Shown here: one piece after another, positions 6,322 to 7,504 of the stretch
Position numbering within the stretch: the first letter of the stretch is position 1
How the letters are laid out: every line of letters begins with the position of its first letter
DNA from: Octopus sinensis
Taxonomy: Eukaryota
NCBI RefSeq assembly: GCF_006345805.1
Contig: NW_021828927.1
Location: 1 to 7,504, forward strand
Length of the DNA stretch: 7,504 nucleotides
Direction of reading: 5' to 3'
The notes under the pieces: model-generated
Database searches by the model: none
What the model saw: only the letters and a program-made list of their open reading frames with translations
What the model was told of the DNA's origin: nothing
Made by a program: the position numbers and the translations under genes

Positions 6322-6996
6322 GTAGTTGTCAGATAAATTTATTTTTTTGCCTATTCCTTGAATTAAGAAAATTTTTCATTGTTGTGTTTTATGTTTTTTT
6401 TGGAATTCTGTTCTTTTGCAACTTTGATCAATTTACATTGATCATGTGGTTGTTTTCACAGTGGACCAGTCATTCCCAACCCCATTAAATGCAGCTCATT
6501 GTCTTGCATGGATGCAACTCTGGCTCGGATCAAGGTGTTACTTGATGGGACTCCACCATTCTTTCCTCTATTTCATATGAGAGTATCCATCTGCTGGGCC
6601 AATCCCCTAGTGGATTGGCATGAATTCTTTTCGATGTGCTTGTTTAATTGATCCTCATTGAACAGAATGGGTTACATGGAACGCAAGGAGTCTGGGAAGT
6701 TGAATTTCCCCTCCTTGACGCATGAAAACCATTTCTGTGAGTTCTTTGAATAGTAGCACTTCATATACAGCACAAATGTTTCAAGTGACTTTGGAAGCTT
6801 TCAGAAGTGACAAGAAGTAGGTGTTGAAAGTGCTTGCTTTTTACTACTCAGTGCTCTATCATCATAGGCCTGAAAAAAGGTCAAATTTATACAAATTTCA
6901 AAATTTATCGAACTTGCAAGTGAAGAGTATAGCTAACAAAATCTATACAACACTAAAATAAAAATATTTTTCATGCTACAACTTTCGGGCTACTAC
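6322..6996 (-). mobile_element. Internally deleted, heavily decayed mariner transposon
   Basis: Minus-strand peptides follow mariner order across frameshifts and stops: KSKHFQHLLL, *NICAVY, QKWFSCVKEGKFNFPDSLRS, FNEDQLNKHIEKNSCQSTRGLAQQM, [deletion], MK*RKEWWSP, PELHPCKTMSCI*WGWE*LVHCE. Weak TIR-like ends at 6322-6339 and 6980-6996 match at about 13 of 18 positions. Confidence 0.8.
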
Positions 6997-7004
6997 ATTT
7001 TATA

Positions 7005-7058
7005 CATATATATATTATATATCATAATATGATATATATTATATATATATATATATAT
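7005..7058. repeat. Interrupted (TA)n microsatellite
   Basis: TA-rich run. Confidence 0.9.
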
Positions 7059-7140
7059 TTATTGAAATGGATAATGATTATCTTGTTACGGATTTCAAAA
7101 TTTAACCGATCCTTGGTAGCAAAAATCACAACAGAAAAAA

Positions 7141-7247
7141 CACGGTTGAGGTTACGACCATGGGGTTGTCGCAACCGTGCCTTAGCGCGGATAATTGAGC
7201 GTATAATCTGCTACTTATTTAGAAACAATATCAGGGATTATACTCCC
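7141..7247. other. Cluster of GC-richer hairpins of unknown origin
   Basis: CACGGTTG(aggtta)CGAC-loop-GTCGCAACCGTG forms a 12-bp stem with a 6-nt bulge (7141-7179). GTATAATC/GATTATAC forms an 8-bp stem (7201-7208 and 7236-7243). Confidence 0.45.
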
Positions 7248-7504
7248 CTTGTTTGACAAGTCATCTGTGTATAAACTGGCCACAGACGAACACACAGACA
7301 CAGGCTTTTATCAGCCGCTTAACCAACAATATCTGCAATATATTTTCCCTCTAGCTGCTTCCTAACATACTGCCACACATACACAGGCGCACACACACAT
7401 ACATGTAGGTAGTTTCTCACACCCAAATGAGATAGCTTTCATTCTTAATACAATTCGAACATTAACATTAGTTATACAGAATATATTCACACCCTTTGTT
7501 TTCT

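Noticed and set aside
6801-6869. Apparent minus-strand terminal exon AYDDRALSSKKQALSTPTSCHF* with AATAAA at 6338-6343
   Set aside because: Other frames of the same DNA give the mariner N-terminus, so the region is transposon-derived.
4768-7247. Shared TTATACTCCC within small hairpins at 4772-4781 and 7238-7247
   Set aside because: A single 10-nt match with no flanking homology; this could be chance.
114-7256. Short ORFs in the supplied track (LSLSLS, IYIYIY, CMYVCM types)
   Set aside because: Most run through stop-poor microsatellites, and the rest cross SINE or other repeat DNA with no protein motif. Only 2170-2640 and 2903-3202 are meaningful, as transposase pieces.
1-7504. CRISPR array, tRNA or rRNA genes
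   Set aside because: There is no regular repeat-spacer pattern. The only tRNA-like sequence is the degenerate SINE head, and I see no rRNA similarity.

Overview
This is an AT-rich eukaryotic window made almost entirely of microsatellites and stacked transposon debris; I found no supportable host-gene exon. The tRNA-derived SINE and its 3' tails resemble octopus (cephalopod) repeats as I recall them, not by search. The most clearly recognisable element is a full-length but inactivated Tc1 DD34E transposon (1845-3472) with 222-bp IR/DR terminal repeats and a TA duplication. Also present are a decayed mariner (6322-6996, minus), the C-terminus and 3' end of an R4/Dong-like RLE non-LTR element (5104-5642), and SINE pieces. 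The ORF track shows none of the most interesting signal: four different type I hammerhead ribozyme (HHR) motifs, all on the minus strand (778-850, 1006-1069, 1622-1662, 3624-3707). Each lies about 130-235 nt from a (TA)n-type tract, as expected for Penelope-like-element (PLE) or retrozyme-like ends. One HHR sits exactly on the symmetry axis of a 387-bp fold-back. Another has an inverted duplicate of its downstream tail that starts at the predicted cleavage site. All pairings and alignments were done by eye, and ribozyme activity is untested.
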